In this document: positions 15,050-30,643 of the stretch, one piece after another
How the letters are laid out: each line of letters opens with the position of its first letter
Numbering within the stretch: the first letter of the stretch is position 1
Source of the DNA: the human T2T-CHM13v2.0 reference genome, Homo sapiens
DNA length: 64,000 bases
Direction: 5' to 3'
Assembly (NCBI GenBank): GCA_009914755.4
Contig: CP068257.2
Location: 27,392,001-27,456,000 of the forward strand
Translations under genes and position numbers: made by a program
The notes under the pieces: model-generated
Databases searched by the model: none
Seen by the model: the letters and a program-made list of their open reading frames with translations, nothing else
What the model was told of the DNA's origin: nothing

Positions 15050-15385
15050 GTGGGTAATTAGGAGGAAAATCATATGCTTGTAATTTTATATTTTGAGCTA
15101 TTGAGTTTGTAGTCTGAATGACATTGGTTAGACATGTCTGTTATTTTAGATACAGCACTTTCATTTGACAATTACAGAATTTAGCTCATTTAGTATTCTC
15201 TGCAGGGAAATTGCTTTGAGTATATGTGAAGAAAACGTCGTGCTTCTTTTTTTTTAAATCCTGCATTGCTTGTAACAAGTATTTGTAGTAAGTTTAATTA
15301 ACTTAATTTTCGAGTTAATATTATTGACATCCACAAATTTAAAAATATATAAAGGTAAACAATAAGTCCCCCTCCCACCACTGTT

Positions 15386-15681
15386 TTTTTTTTCCAACCC
15401 GAGATGGAGTCTTGCTGTGTCGCCCAGGCCAGAGTGCAGTGGCACGATCTCTGCTCACTGCAACCTCCATCTCCTAGGTTCAAGCAATTCTCGTGCCTCA
15501 GCCTCCTGAGCAGTCAGGACTACAGGTGCATGCCACCAAGCCTAGCTAATTTTTATATTTTTAGTAGAGACAGGGTTTCACCATTGTTGGCCAGGCTGGT
15601 CTCAAACTCCTGACCTCAAGTGATCCTCCCTCCTCAGCCTGCCAAAGTGCTGGGATTACAGGCATGAGCCACCGCGCCCGG
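15386..15681 (-). mobile_element. Alu
   Basis: Antisense Alu consensus. Confidence 0.9.
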
Positions 15682-15897
15682 CCGACCACCACTTTCCTTT
15701 TATGACAAAGATAAACATTTTTGTTTTTTCTTACGTATCCTTCTGGAGTTTCTTTTGGAAAATATGAGCAAATACAAATATGCAGTCTTGGTTTTTTTCC
15801 CCCTTTCTCACCATTCACACCATTCTGGATTGTGTTGTTTGTTTATACTTAGATTCTTGGAGTCCTTTCCATTTTAGTATATAAAACTTCTTCATTC

Positions 15898-16196
<299 letters not shown>

Positions 16197-16232
16197 ATTC
16201 TTTCTTTCTTTCTTTCTTTCTTTTTTTTAACA
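16197..16232. repeat. (TTTC)n microsatellite
   Basis: ttctttctttctttctttctttc directly abutting Alu end. Confidence 0.85.
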
Positions 16233-17240
16233 GTTGCATGATTCTGTGTTATGGATGTGCCATAATTCATTTAACCATTTCTCTATTGATTTAGGTTGTT
16301 TCTAGTATTTTGCTATAATGGTGAGTGCTCTAGTGAATAACCCTACACATAAGTCATCTGTAGGGTAAATTTTGAGAAGAGGGATTGCATTTGTAGTTTT
16401 GGTTGATACTAATTGTCCTTCACAAAGGTTGCTCCTGACCCTTGACAGCTGTGTGTTATCAAACTTCCAGATTTTGATTGGTATGTTAGATGGAAAATAT
16501 TATCTCAGTGCAGTTTTATTTTACATTTATTTTAATATAAATTAGATTAAGCATATTTTTATGTTTCAGAGCCATTTGCATTTCATGTTCTTTGAAGTTT
16601 TTGCTTATATTCTTTTCTTATTTTTTATTCATGTGTTCCTCTGTTTTTACGGAAACACATCAGAAAATGTTTGGTTCCCATCCTGTTTGCTGCCCTTCAT
16701 TCTTCTGGTATTACAGAGTAGCCTCACAGGGGCTGTTCTTTCAGTTCTTTCTGTTACAACCAGAAATGCCTTTGGGTTTTTAGGCATTTCAGTAACAGGA
16801 ATCTTGATGAAATGCCTTCTTTTCCTCTATTTGGAAGTAGGTTGCAAGTGGCAAGAGTGATTTTAAAGGGAAAAGTTCTTTACTCTCTTCTGTATGTGTG
16901 GCTACCTTGCTTCTTTGCTAACTTCAGGCCATTTTTTTCCCAGAATACTTTTGTCCATTCCTCTGACCAAAGCAGTCCTGTACTTGTGCATCCTTGAGTT
17001 TTCTTTCAGTTTGTTTTTTTTTTTCTCTCAGTGAAACCTTGACCCAGTAACTCATATGGATACATTTCTTTCTGTTAGTGTGGAGTCAGACCCACCGTGT
17101 GGTATAACATTTGACTGCCTGGGTTTAACAGTCTTAGTACTCTGCCTGGATTACTTCCCTTAGCACAGAGACCATGTCTTGCATATTTTTATTTCTACAG
17201 TAGGGTGGTTTTTTGATGGTTGGTGATGGTTTATTCCTGA

Positions 17241-17576
<336 letters not shown>

Positions 17577-17596
17577 TAACTTTTCTTCATAATTTA

Positions 17597-17898
17597 TTTT
17601 TTGAGACAGAGTCTTGCTCTGCCACCCAGTTTGGAGTATAGTGTGCATGATCATACCTCACAGTAACCTTGAACTTTTGGGCTCAAGTGATCCTCCCACC
17701 TCAACCTGCTGAATAGCTGGGACTACAGGTGGACACCAACGTGCCCAGCTAATTTTTATTTTTATTTTTTTTTAGAGATGGGGTCTCAGTATGTTGCCCA
17801 AGCATGTCCCAAACTCCTCAAGTGATCCTCTTGTGATCATCTTGCTTTGGCCTTCCACAGTGCTAGGATTACAGGTGTGAGCCGCCATGCCCAGCCAA
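17597..17898 (-). mobile_element. Alu (older, AluJ-like, diverged)
   Basis: Diverged antisense Alu. Confidence 0.75.
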
Positions 17899-18115
17899 TT
17901 TCGTCATAATTTTTTTGATCCTTGATAGCAAAGGAACTTTTTAGGATCAGATTGTGAGAGTGAACTCTTCCTTAGGAAATTATTTTTGATTGACAAGCAG
18001 CAAAACTGGATATAGTACATGTGTGTGTTTTGTCCTTCTTCCTCTATCTCTCTTCCTCCTTTTCTCCCGCTCTTTCTTTTTCTTTATTTTTTGATGCCGT
18101 ATACTTTTTACCCAG

Positions 18116-18770
18116 AACCAACGAAGACAACAAAAAATTCAAGGAAAAGTTCTTCATTTAAATGATATTTGTACTATTGACCATCCTGAAGACAGTGAAT
18201 ATGAAGCTGAAATGTCACTTCAAGGAGAAGTAAATATTAAATCCAACCATATTTCACAAGAGGGTGTTATGCATAAAGAATATTGTGTCAACCAGAAAGA
18301 TTTGAATGGCCAAGCAAAAATGATCGAAAGTGTAACTGACAATCAAAAATCCACAGAGGAAGTAGATATGAAAAATATCAACATGGATAATGATCTGGAG
18401 GTTTTAACATCTTCTCCCACTAGGAATTTAAATGGTGCCTACCTAACGGAAGGGAGCAATGGAGAAGTGGACATTTCCAATGGTTTCAAAAACCTAAATT
18501 TGAATGCTGCTCTTCATCCTGATGAAATAAATATAGAGATTCTGAATGATAGTCATACTCCTGGAACAAAGGTGTATGAGGTTGTAAATGAAGATCCAGA
18601 AACTGCTTTCTGTACTCTTGCAAACAGGGAAGTTTTCAATACTGATGAGTGTTCAATCCAACATTGTTTATATCAGTTCACCCGTAATGAGAAACTTCGA
18701 GATGCGAATAAACTGCTTTGTGAAGTATGCACACGGAGACAGTGTAATGGACCAAAGGCAAATATAAAAG
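18116..18770 (+). CDS. USP16: USP16 large coding exon, 655 nt (NQRRQQKIQGKVLHLNDICTIDHPEDSEYEAEMSLQGEVNIKSNHISQEGV...CEVCTRRQCNGPKANIK + g)
   Basis: Acceptor tttacccAG|AACCAAC, donor GTATTT at 18771; overlaps 193-aa ORF 18212..18793 in the ORF track; encodes the long disordered linker of USP16. Confidence 0.92.
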
Positions 18771-19361
18771 GTATTTTAATGCTCTCACTGTAAGTAAAAT
18801 TAATATTCAGGGGCACATTTTGCACTGCATAGGTAGAGTACTCCTAATTGTATCAGGATTTGGATGGCATGAATAAGTGTCCTTTTCTGTGTAAATATTT
18901 TAATAGGATGGAAAAGTAGGACTTTATTGAAGTGGCTAATACACTGTGACATCCCAGCAGCAGTTAAATGGGACAGTTTTCTCCCTGACATCTCTCCCTG
19001 TGGGTAAATTATCCCCTTGGAATGCAGTCACCACAGCATCCTGACACATAGTGGCTATTTTTTTCCACCCTTACCTCCTTTGCACCCAGGACGCCACACT
19101 TGAATTTATCAGTGAACTAATATGACATGCCCAGTGCAAAGCACTGGGAAGACAGTGCTTTCTTACAGTCTTCCTCAAATGGGAGAAAGGATCATACTGA
19201 CAATTTCCCTTATCTCCCCATTGCTTTTTTTTTTGAGTTTGGGTAAATAGGATGTGGAGGGGCCATGGATTCCTAAGGATTTTTAGTAGAATTGTTGAAA
19301 CATTTTAAAATTCTAAGTAGAATTTTATTTATTTACATATAGAGACAAAAAGTAAGCCTGT

Positions 19362-19823
<462 letters not shown>

Positions 19824-20205
19824 GCCTAAAAAATATTTTTTATAGATGAGCATTTGCAAATGATTTGATGTGATGGAATATACTAAACTTTCAACCTCAT
19901 TAACCAAAATATTGTGTCTCTCCACAGTAATTCAATTTTGCTCTGATTGTAATCATTCTCAGTTATTACTGTATTTTGATTTCATCAGTAAGAATTTATG
20001 GACATTTTAATCTCATAAATACCTATAAAATATCTTTGATTTTGCCTCTTACTCCACAAATTCTACAATATTTGTTATCTAGTACTTCATAGAAAAAGTT
20101 TACTGATCCTTGCTTTAGATGTTTGGAATGATTTTATAGCAAATCTGAATGCTTTAGGGGTCTAAAATGATTTTCTCCCTGTTAAAAATTTCTTCTTTTC
20201 TTTAG

Positions 20206-20300
20206 GTGAAAGGAAGCATGTTTACACCAATGCCAAAAAGCAGATGCTAATTTCTCTTGCTCCTCCTGTTCTTACTCTTCATTTAAAGAGATTTCAGCAG
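20206..20300 (+). CDS. USP16: USP16 coding exon ([32 protein letters not shown])
   Basis: Acceptor tttcttttAG|GTGAAAGG, donor GTACTC at 20301. Confidence 0.9.
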
Positions 20301-21021
20301 GTACTCCTTGTTACCCAAAATTTGTTTTAAATATGTAACACCTACTTTATTACCTATTTTTTTCATTACTGTCTCAACATACTACTTTGTTTCTTTGGTT
20401 TTCTGTTGTTTCTTAACTGTAATGTCAATGAAGTCAGAAAGGGAAAAACATAGGGGCTAGGCAGAGGCGCATGTGAAGATGGAGGCACAATCTCCTCAGA
20501 TTTCCTAGAACTCATTTATGTCCCTCTTTTTAGTACGATTGGCATCTTACTTTTATTTCAGGTTAAAAAAAGAAAAAGACTGGTGTGTTACATATATCTC
20601 ATGCTTAGGAATATTAGTGATTTTTTCTGTTTTGTGTGTGGCATCTTGTTTTTACGGACCCTTGATAAAAAGACATTGGTGCCTTGGATTGTCATCATTT
20701 TGGTGACCTCATCTTTTCTGGAAAACTTTTGCTATAGCTGTATAACTTCTAAACTGTGTTGCAAATTCCGAAAGTACTTTCAGTATCTTCAGAACGTTTT
20801 GCCTCTTGTGGTTGGTATGGGCTTGACTAATTGGGTGGGCCTTTATTAACAATTCACTAAGCTTGGTTTGAGCATGAGGCTGAGAGCGTGTGTTTCACAG
20901 AAAAGTATTATGCTATCGCTGAGTTTTAAGCACTCAGAACCTGTGGTCTAATCTGGCATTTCTGGATGGCTGAAGCAGAAACATTGAGAATTTTCTCACG
21001 AGAAAAGTTGTTTTTCTTCTT

Positions 21022-21306
21022 TTTGAAACAGTCTTGTTCTGTCACCCAGGCTGGTGTGCAATGACACGATCATGGCTCACTGAAGGTTTGACCTCCCAGT
21101 CTCAAGCGATCCTCCCACCTTAGCCTCTATAGTAGCTGGGACTATAGGTGGCTACCACCATGTCCAGCTAATTTTTTAATTTTTTTGTAGAGACAGAGTC
21201 TCACAGTGTTGCCCAGGCTGATCTCGAACTCCTGGGCTCAAGTGATCCTCCTGCCTCAGCTTCCCAAAGTGCTGAGATTACAGGCATGTGCCATCGTGTC
21301 CAGCTG
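21022..21306 (-). mobile_element. Alu (diverged, AluJ-like)
   Basis: Diverged antisense Alu. Confidence 0.75.
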
Positions 21307-21536
21307 GGAATAGCTTTCTTAATGTGTTGGTGTGTGTTTTTTGTGTGATACATGTGTACTTAGCAAAAGCAAACCAACTTGGAATCAGTTAGTGTTCAGG
21401 AAGAATTGAGTCTCCAAAGAAAATTGAACTAGGACTTAATGTTGATATTCTTTTGGACGTCGGAGGGGACTTCGGTTTACTTAACCTGTATTGCTTTTCC
21501 AAGAAAAGAAGTCAATCTGTTATGCTTCTCTTTTAG

Positions 21537-21623
21537 GCTGGTTTTAACCTACGCAAAGTTAACAAACACATAAAGTTTCCGGAAATCTTAGATTTGGCTC
21601 CTTTTTGCACCCTTAAATGTAAG
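21537..21623 (+). CDS. USP16: USP16 coding exon ([29 protein letters not shown])
   Basis: Acceptor ctcttttAG|GCTGGT, donor GTAAGT at 21624. Confidence 0.9.
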
Positions 21624-22839
21624 GTAAGTCAAAGTGGTCTTTTTCAGGAAAGTCCTTTAAAGTCAAATTGTGGCTTACCTAATGCTCCAGTAGCAACTCA
21701 CTTAAGTATGAAGTTGATAACACTTATTGAGTAGAGTGGGTCTTTGATCATTGTACCTTTATAATTTGAAGATTAGTGATGAATCATTTTGAAGAATGGG
21801 TTATTTCAGTTCAACGTTTGGAATCCCCTTTATTATGGCATACATTGTCTTGTGAGCGGAGGGCATAAAACTAAAGGTGAGCAGATCTATTAATGAATAA
21901 TCTGTTTAATGTGGTTGAATGTTAAGGCTGGTGAACATAGGTCAGGAGTGGTATACACTTAACCCAGCATGTTGGTGGTTCAGGAATGGCTTTGTAAAGT
22001 AAACCATGCCTCAACTATATTTAAAGAAGGAGTAAAAGTATGATGAATCAAGATGAAATGAGTTTTGCAGGCAGAAGGAACAGCAGGAGTAAAAACAGCA
22101 GTGTAAAATAGGATGGTGATTGCCAGAGACTGGTAACGTATGTAGTTCTAGAGTTTATAGTACAAGGTTATAGGGAGAGTTGAGAAATGAAGCCAGAGAA
22201 GTGAGATAGGAATGAAGTTTTGGAGGGTTCTCATGGTGAGGAACTTGGACTTCATTAGGTATACAGTGGGGAGCCCTGAGGAGTTTAAAGCACTGGGGTG
22301 GCATGGTCAGATCTTCATATGACGTAGGTTACTTGTTGATGTATGAAGGCTGAATTTTAGGACGGAAAGACTAGAGGTGGGGAAGTGAGTTTGGAGGCTG
22401 TTGTATTAATTCAGCCAGTAGTTGATGAGGGCTTAAAGTTGGGCAGGAGATGGGGAGATAGAAGGAATATTTCAGGAGGTAGAATTAACCAGACTTAATG
22501 ATTGATTGGCACTGTAAGGTGAGGCAGAGGCCTTTTATAAGTGGATGCTGAGGGTGGCAGAGAAAGGGTTGAGGATGATTCCTGAGGCCTGGCACGACAG
22601 ATGGGAGTGCTGTAAATTGAGATAGGATATATAGGGAGAAAAGCAGGTTGAGAAAAGCAGGTAGAGAAAGGATAATGACTTCAGTTTTAGATACATTTGA
22701 GTGTCAGATACCTTTGAGAAATTAATGTGCTTAGTCTAGAAAACATTTGGATATACATATCTGAGACCTATAGCAGAGAGGTTAGGATGGGCCCAGGGCA
22801 CAGATTTAGAAATCAGTACATATGTGGCAGTTTAAACTA

Positions 22840-23291
<452 letters not shown>

Positions 23292-23689
23292 TGGGCCAGT
23301 TGCTGTGATGGGCATAATGGAAGAGGCCGCTAAGGACAATTTATAAGATTATGGTCACATTGAGGACTATGACAAGGTACATGATCATTTATTATACTTT
23401 TGTTTCTTGGCAGTAGTGGCCATCTGGGTTTGGGGCATGGCAGGTACATTATAGGATTCAGGGTGAGGTTTTGTGATGAATTGGATATGGAGGAGATTAT
23501 TTGTAAGTGATACATGTGATTGAAGTTCCCAAACTTTAATGTGTATGTGGGAATCAGACCTACAAATTTTGATTCTGTAGGTCTAGTATGGGATCAAAAA
23601 TTCTGCATGTTTAATGTAAACTCTCAGGTGATGCTGATGCTGGCTGTTCATGGACCACATTTTGAATAGCAATGGTCTAGACTGCATAT

Positions 23690-24120
23690 GGGAATTATAT
23701 TATGTCAGTTTCCATGCTGCTGATAAAGATATACTGGACAAGATATACTGGGCAAGACTGGGCAATTTACAAAAGAAAGAGGTTTACAGTTCCACATGGC
23801 TGGGGAGGCCTCACAGTCATGGCGGAAGGCAAGGAGGAGCACGTCACATCTTACATGGATGGCAGCGGGCAAAGCAAGAGCTTGTGGAGGGAAACTCCCC
23901 CTTAAGAAACCATCAGCTCTCATGAGGCTTATTCACTATCAAGAATAAGGATGGGAAAGACCTGCTCCCATGATTCAGTTGCGTCCCAACGGGTACCCTC
24001 CCATGACATGTGGGAATTGTGGGAGCTACAACTCAAGATGAGATTTGGGTAGGGACACAGCCAAACCATATCAGGAATGAAGCCAAAAGTCTTCATAGGT
24101 GAGGAGAATATGAGCATTGG
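23690..24120. mobile_element. Unclassified interspersed repeat fragment (family not confidently named)
   Basis: Recognisable multi-copy motifs ...ggaggcctcacagtcatggcggaaggcaag...caactcaagatgagatttgggtagggacacagccaaaccatatca. Confidence 0.5.
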
Positions 24121-24207
24121 AGATCCTGTTAGGTTAAAGAGTACAGAATAGGTGAGATGAGAGTTGAATAAATAGAAGACTTGTGGACTAAGACTAAAAA
24201 TAAGATT

Positions 24208-24501
<294 letters not shown>

Positions 24502-25246
24502 CTAAAATGGAATGGCATTTAAAGTCCTGTGAGAATCATAGATGGACGGAGAAGTACTAAGTTCTTCAGTGAATATGGAGGCACAGATTGGGAAGCTGAG
24601 TATAGGAGACAGTACTACTGAAGGGCCGTGATGCCTGTTACGGACTTTTACATGAGAACATAAATAGTTGTCTGAAAAGTGGCTCCTGGCCCAGAGAATG
24701 CCTGTTCCTGTTGCCAGCCCTATGGCATATAGAGTCCTGAAAGAATAAGCAGCGTGCACTCTCTCGTGGGGAAAGTGAACACTTGAGAGGTTGAATGTGC
24801 TTCTCACCAACTCCCTTGGGGACATTTAAAGATGTAAGGGGTAATTTTTGGCACAACCTAAAATACTGTTCTCTTCCTGTTCAGGGCTTACCTTTTTTTA
24901 AACAGGGTATTCAGAGTTGTTAATAGCTAGGGTTGTTAAGAATTATCCTCAGGCTCCTAAAGAAACTGGCAAGTTGAATTCAGTTATTTGGTATCTGAGC
25001 CAGGTAACTGCATCAAGTGGCCTGTGGCTTACAGCTTTTCTACCAGGGGAACAATGGTGAATTTATAATAAAAACAGAAGTGTCTCAGGCTGAGAAGAGG
25101 TATGGAGAAAAGAGTAGACTCATGAATGATTTCTGCACTCTCAAAGTAATGGTTAAAGACCCTTTGCATAGTGTAAACTTGTCTTGCCCATGACATCTGT
25201 GTAAATGGAACTAGAACTAACTTTTGGATTCTACTCATTTTTAAAG

Positions 25247-25403
25247 AATGTTGCAGAAGAAAATACAAGGGTACTCTATTCCTTATATGGAGTTGTTGAA
25301 CACAGTGGTACTATGAGGTCGGGGCATTACACTGCCTATGCCAAGGCAAGAACCGCAAATAGTCATCTCTCTAATCTTGTTCTTCACGGTGATATTCCAC
25401 AAG
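25247..25403 (+). CDS. USP16: USP16 coding exon with His box ([52 protein letters not shown] + g)
   Basis: Acceptor catttttaaAG|AATGTT, donor GTAAGA at 25404; contains USP His-box (GHYTAY). Confidence 0.92.
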
Positions 25404-25510
25404 GTAAGATGTCTTGGAAAATTCAGGCACTCAGCAGATTACGGCAAAACCAAAAAGTAATCAACTTGAATCTTTCCATTTATGTTTGATTTTTCATTTT
25501 CTCATGACAG

Positions 25511-25632
25511 ATTTTGAAATGGAATCAAAAGGGCAGTGGTTTCACATCAGCGACACACATGTGCAAGCTGTGCCTACAACTAAAGTACTAAACTCACAAG
25601 CGTACCTCCTATTTTATGAGAGAATACTGTAA
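25511..25632 (+). CDS. USP16: USP16 terminal coding exon ([40 protein letters not shown])
   Basis: Acceptor ctcatgacAG|ATTTTG; stop TAA at 25630-25632. Confidence 0.92.
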
Positions 25633-25940
25633 TAATATCAAAAGCACTTTTTCTGGAAACACATTTATGGCTTTTATAATGGCTGAAATAACGATAAAAA
25701 AAGACTAATTAAAATCATGTTCACTTAACATTAAATACATGCCAGAAGAAATCATGTTTATTTAAATATTGAAGGGAAAAATACCTAAAAATGTACAAAG
25801 GTTTTATATTGTCATAGTGGTTTTTATTCCTGCTTTGTTTCTGGAAAGGAAATCCTGAATTACTTAAGTACTTTGTGTTTAATATATCTGGGTGATGGAT
25901 CACAACACATCAATAAACTGACTTACCCTAAAATCTTGTT
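25633..25940 (+). other. USP16: USP16 3' UTR (approximate end)
   Basis: Follows stop codon; AATAAA hexamer at 25914-25919 with expected cleavage ~15-25 nt downstream. Confidence 0.6.
25914..25919 (+). terminator. USP16: Polyadenylation signal AATAAA (USP16)
   Basis: Canonical hexamer ~280 nt after stop codon, before Alu-rich intergenic DNA. Confidence 0.55.
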
Positions 25941-25971
25941 TTATTACTGGGAAGATTTTAACTTCTATTGA

Positions 25972-26352
<381 letters not shown>

Positions 26353-26837
26353 CATACAAGTGTGTTAATTTTATAAGCATCTATATTGACAGCAGAATAT
26401 AAATGGGAGCAATGTTTCTTTATAAGCCTTCTGATGCCATAGTGTGCATAAGCTGGGGTATACAAGGCCTTACTCTGTATTTGCTCTGTGCCAGTGGTCA
26501 ACTGATTTTGGACAGATGTAAGACAAACCAGTCTCACTCCTATGAGTATAATTGGGTACCAAACCCCTTAATACCAGCATACCAGAGAAAGCCTGTGAAC
26601 TGTCCCAAGTCAGCCACTGTTTGAGTTACATGCAACACAAAGAGCTTAGGGACACCAAGCGTCTCTGAACTTCTTGAAAGGTTCTCTGAGGACAACTTCG
26701 ACATACGATGAACATTTCTAACTTGCTGTGGCAGTAATGAGAGTTGTATCATTCCTAACAAACACCTGTTGAGTTTATGTAATACCCAGTCAGTCATACT
26801 GCTTCTAAAATCTCTTGGAAAGAATACTAAAAACAGG

Positions 26838-27113
26838 CTGGTGCGGTGGCTTATGCTTGTAATCCCAGGACTCTGGGAGGTCAAGGCAGTAGGAAACGTT
26901 GAGCCCAGGAGTTTGAGACCAGCCTGGGTAACATAGTGAGACCCTATCTCTACAAAAAACTTAAAAATTAGCCAAATGTGGTAGTGTTTGCCTGTGTCCC
27001 CAGCTTTTCAGGAGGCGGAGGTGGGTGGATTGCCTGAGCCCAACAGCAGAGGTTGCAGTGAGCTGAGATTTTACCACTGCCTGTGCGACAGAGCAACACC
27101 CTGTCTCAAGAAA
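26838..27113 (+). mobile_element. Alu
   Basis: Sense Alu consensus (ggctggtgcggtggcttatgcttgtaatcccagg...). Confidence 0.85.
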
Positions 27114-27785
27114 TACATACACACACAATTTCAAACAGTATTAAGGACCTTACATAACCAACACATATAGTAGCACATGTCCTATAAAATTCAGTATGAT
27201 TATTTATAATAATTTATTTATAATGTTCTTGGCTTTTTCAACACTCCTTACTGATTTTAACAAAATAGAATCTGCTTTATGAAAACTGACTTAATTTTGT
27301 ATGTCAGTTTATCTATTTTCTAAGCATTTTTTTTGTACTTTGCTAAGTCGAGTGTCTTCAACAAATTATTAATTGCTATTGAAACAAGTCACCTTGAGTC
27401 AGGAATTCCAGAGCTGTGACAAAAACACTGGAAATCTAGTCCAGGTGTTGGCAGCACTTTCCTGTAGAGGGCCAGATAGTAAATATTTTAGGCTTTGTAG
27501 GCCCATTTGGTCTCTGTCAAAAATAAAGATACTTAACTCTGCCACTCCCTTGTTAGAAAGCAACTGCAGACAATATGTAATGGTATGAGCATGGCTGTGT
27601 TCCAATAACTTATTTACACAAACAGGCAGTAGGCCAGATATACATGGGTAATAGGCCTCTACTTACATAAGTGACTTGCCTTAAGTCCCACAGCTAATGT
27701 GATTAACAAGGTTGAGAGGAACACAAGTCATTTAGAGCCAATAACCGTGGTCATTAGACAATAAGGCTTTGACAGTAACAATATG

Positions 27786-27791
27786 TTTATT
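27786..27791 (-). terminator. CCT8: Polyadenylation signal AATAAA (CCT8, read on minus strand as tttatt on plus)
   Basis: ~125 nt downstream (minus sense) of CCT8 stop codon at 27917-27919. Confidence 0.5.
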
Positions 27792-27916
27792 ATAACATCC
27801 AGCCAAGAATACAAACACAAAATAACTCTTAATTTAAGGAGAATAAGAAAACATCAGGTGATTCTTGAGTACTACTACAAATACAGCCTTCACCTACAGT
27901 AAAAATTAAGCCAATT

Positions 27917-27994
27917 TCAATCATTTTGGTCATCATCCCAGTCTTTCTTCCCACTTGGAGGCTTGGGCCCACCAGCTGGTTTTGCCATGATGAT
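27917..27994 (-). CDS. CCT8: CCT8 terminal coding exon 15 (IIMAKPAGGPKPPSGKKDWDDDQND*)
   Basis: Reverse-complement translation; acceptor AG (plus ct at 27995-27996); stop TGA = plus tca 27917-27919. Confidence 0.92.
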   Translation of the reverse strand: MIMAKPAGGPKPPSGKKDWDDDQND

Positions 27995-28608
27995 CTGCAT
28001 AAAAAAGAATCACACAAGAGTATGCTTATCAACTTAACCTTTAGAATGAAAAGAATGCTTCTATTAGCATGATTTAAGATTAAGCAGTCTTCTTGGTATA
28101 ATTATGTACTGCATATAAAACACTACAGCACAGAGTTTGCTAGCTCCCTTGTTAGAAATTCAATTGTAAACTTTCAGCGCATGAGAAAGTTTACTGCTTT
28201 TATGGATAACCGCAATAAAATCCACAGAGATTAGTGAACATTCCAAGACATGCACTTCAATAACTCAAAAAGCTGAAAGTGAAAATATGTGCATGCATCA
28301 CTGGTGTAAGTCGGTCAGTTTGGCACCTGATTTGCTATTTATATATGAGATGTGTCTTGCCAACCATCTCTGTCCCAATTTCCTTGTGGTTTAGGAGCTT
28401 TAGGCCCACCTGCCAGCTTTGCCATTATAATCTAAAGTAGTTGATACATAAGTATATACAAAGTTTAACACTGAAATTTTCTAAAACCTGTAAATGAGAA
28501 TCATTCAAGCAGCCAGGAATTTTCATAAACAAAAATCTAAGTTCCCAACTTAAAAAAAAAAGCGCCACAAACCTCACCTTACTTTATCTAAAATAAATAG
28601 GTTTTAGC

Positions 28609-28907
28609 TTTTTTTTTTTTTTTCTTTTTGAGACGGAGTCTTGCTCTGTTGCCCAGGCTAGAGAGTGCAGTGGCGCGATCTTGGCTCAATGCAACCTCTG
28701 CCTCCTGGGTTCAAGCAATTCTCCTGCCTCAGCCTCCTGAGTAACTGGGATTACAGGTGCCCATCACCATGCCCGGCTAAGTTTTTACTTTTAGTAGAGA
28801 CGGGGTTTCACCACGTTGGCCAGGCTGGTCTCAAACTCCTGCATGATCCACCCGCCTCAGCCTCCCAAAGTGTTGGGATTATAGGTGTGAGCCACTGCGC
28901 TCGGCTG
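28609..28907 (-). mobile_element. Alu
   Basis: Antisense Alu consensus. Confidence 0.9.
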
Positions 28908-28935
28908 GAAAACATCTTAATTACCATCTGCAAAC

Positions 28936-29475
28936 CTGAACTGGGCAGTGGCTCATGCCTGTAATCCTAGCACTTTGGGAGGCCAAGGTTTGAGGCCAGG
29001 AGTTTGAGACCAGCCTGGGCAACAAAGTGAGACCTAGTCTACAAAAACTAAAAATATATATATATATAAAATATATATATAACATTTGATAATATATATA
29101 TGATATATGTATCATATATACGATACATATATCATACATATATCATATATAATATATATCATACATATATGTATGATATATATATCATGTATATGTATGA
29201 TATGAGATATATATGATATATATGAGATATGTATGATATATACATATGTATGATATATACATATGATATGTGTGATATATACATATCAGATATATATGAT
29301 ATATATCTCAGCCAACCATGACAGCACCTGCCTACAGTCCCAGCTATTCGGGATGTTAAGGCAGAAGAATCACTGGAACTCAGGATTTTGAGGCTGTGGT
29401 GAGCTGATTATGATTGTGCCACTGTCCTCCAGCCTGGGTGATAGAGTAAGACCTTATCACAACAACAACAAAAAA
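28936..29475 (+). mobile_element. Alu split by an expanded internal TA/TATG-rich microsatellite
   Basis: Alu left arm 28936-29050, ~250 bp (TA)n/(ATATGATATA)-like repeat 29050-29300, Alu right arm 29300-29475. Confidence 0.8.
29050..29300. repeat. Complex TA / TATG / GATATA microsatellite
   Basis: atatatatatataaaatatatatataacatttgataatatatatatgatatatgtatcatatatacgatacatat... Confidence 0.9.
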
Positions 29476-29600
29476 GATACCTAAACCTGAAATTCTCAGA
29501 ATAACATGTTACCAATTGAGAGTAATTTCAGACTGAATTAAAGGCATTAAGCATAATTTTAGAACCTAAGTGCACATTGATTTTAAAAAGTAACTAAAAG

Positions 29601-29926
<326 letters not shown>

Positions 29927-30012
29927 TTAGTGGGCACCATAATCAAAAGTGCTCATTAAAACAGACTGCTAGGCCTCTTCCAGCATTTCTGATATTGGTG
30001 GGTCTGGAGTGA

Positions 30013-30333
<321 letters not shown>

Positions 30334-30364
30334 CCAAGAATCTGTATTTCTTATTTATTTTTAG

Positions 30365-30643
<279 letters not shown>

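Noticed and set aside
27829-28032. 67-aa minus-strand ORF from the track overlapping CCT8 last exon
   Set aside because: Wrong frame; the true exon 15 (27917-27994) is in a different frame that matches IIMAKPAGGPKPPSGKKDWDDDQND*.
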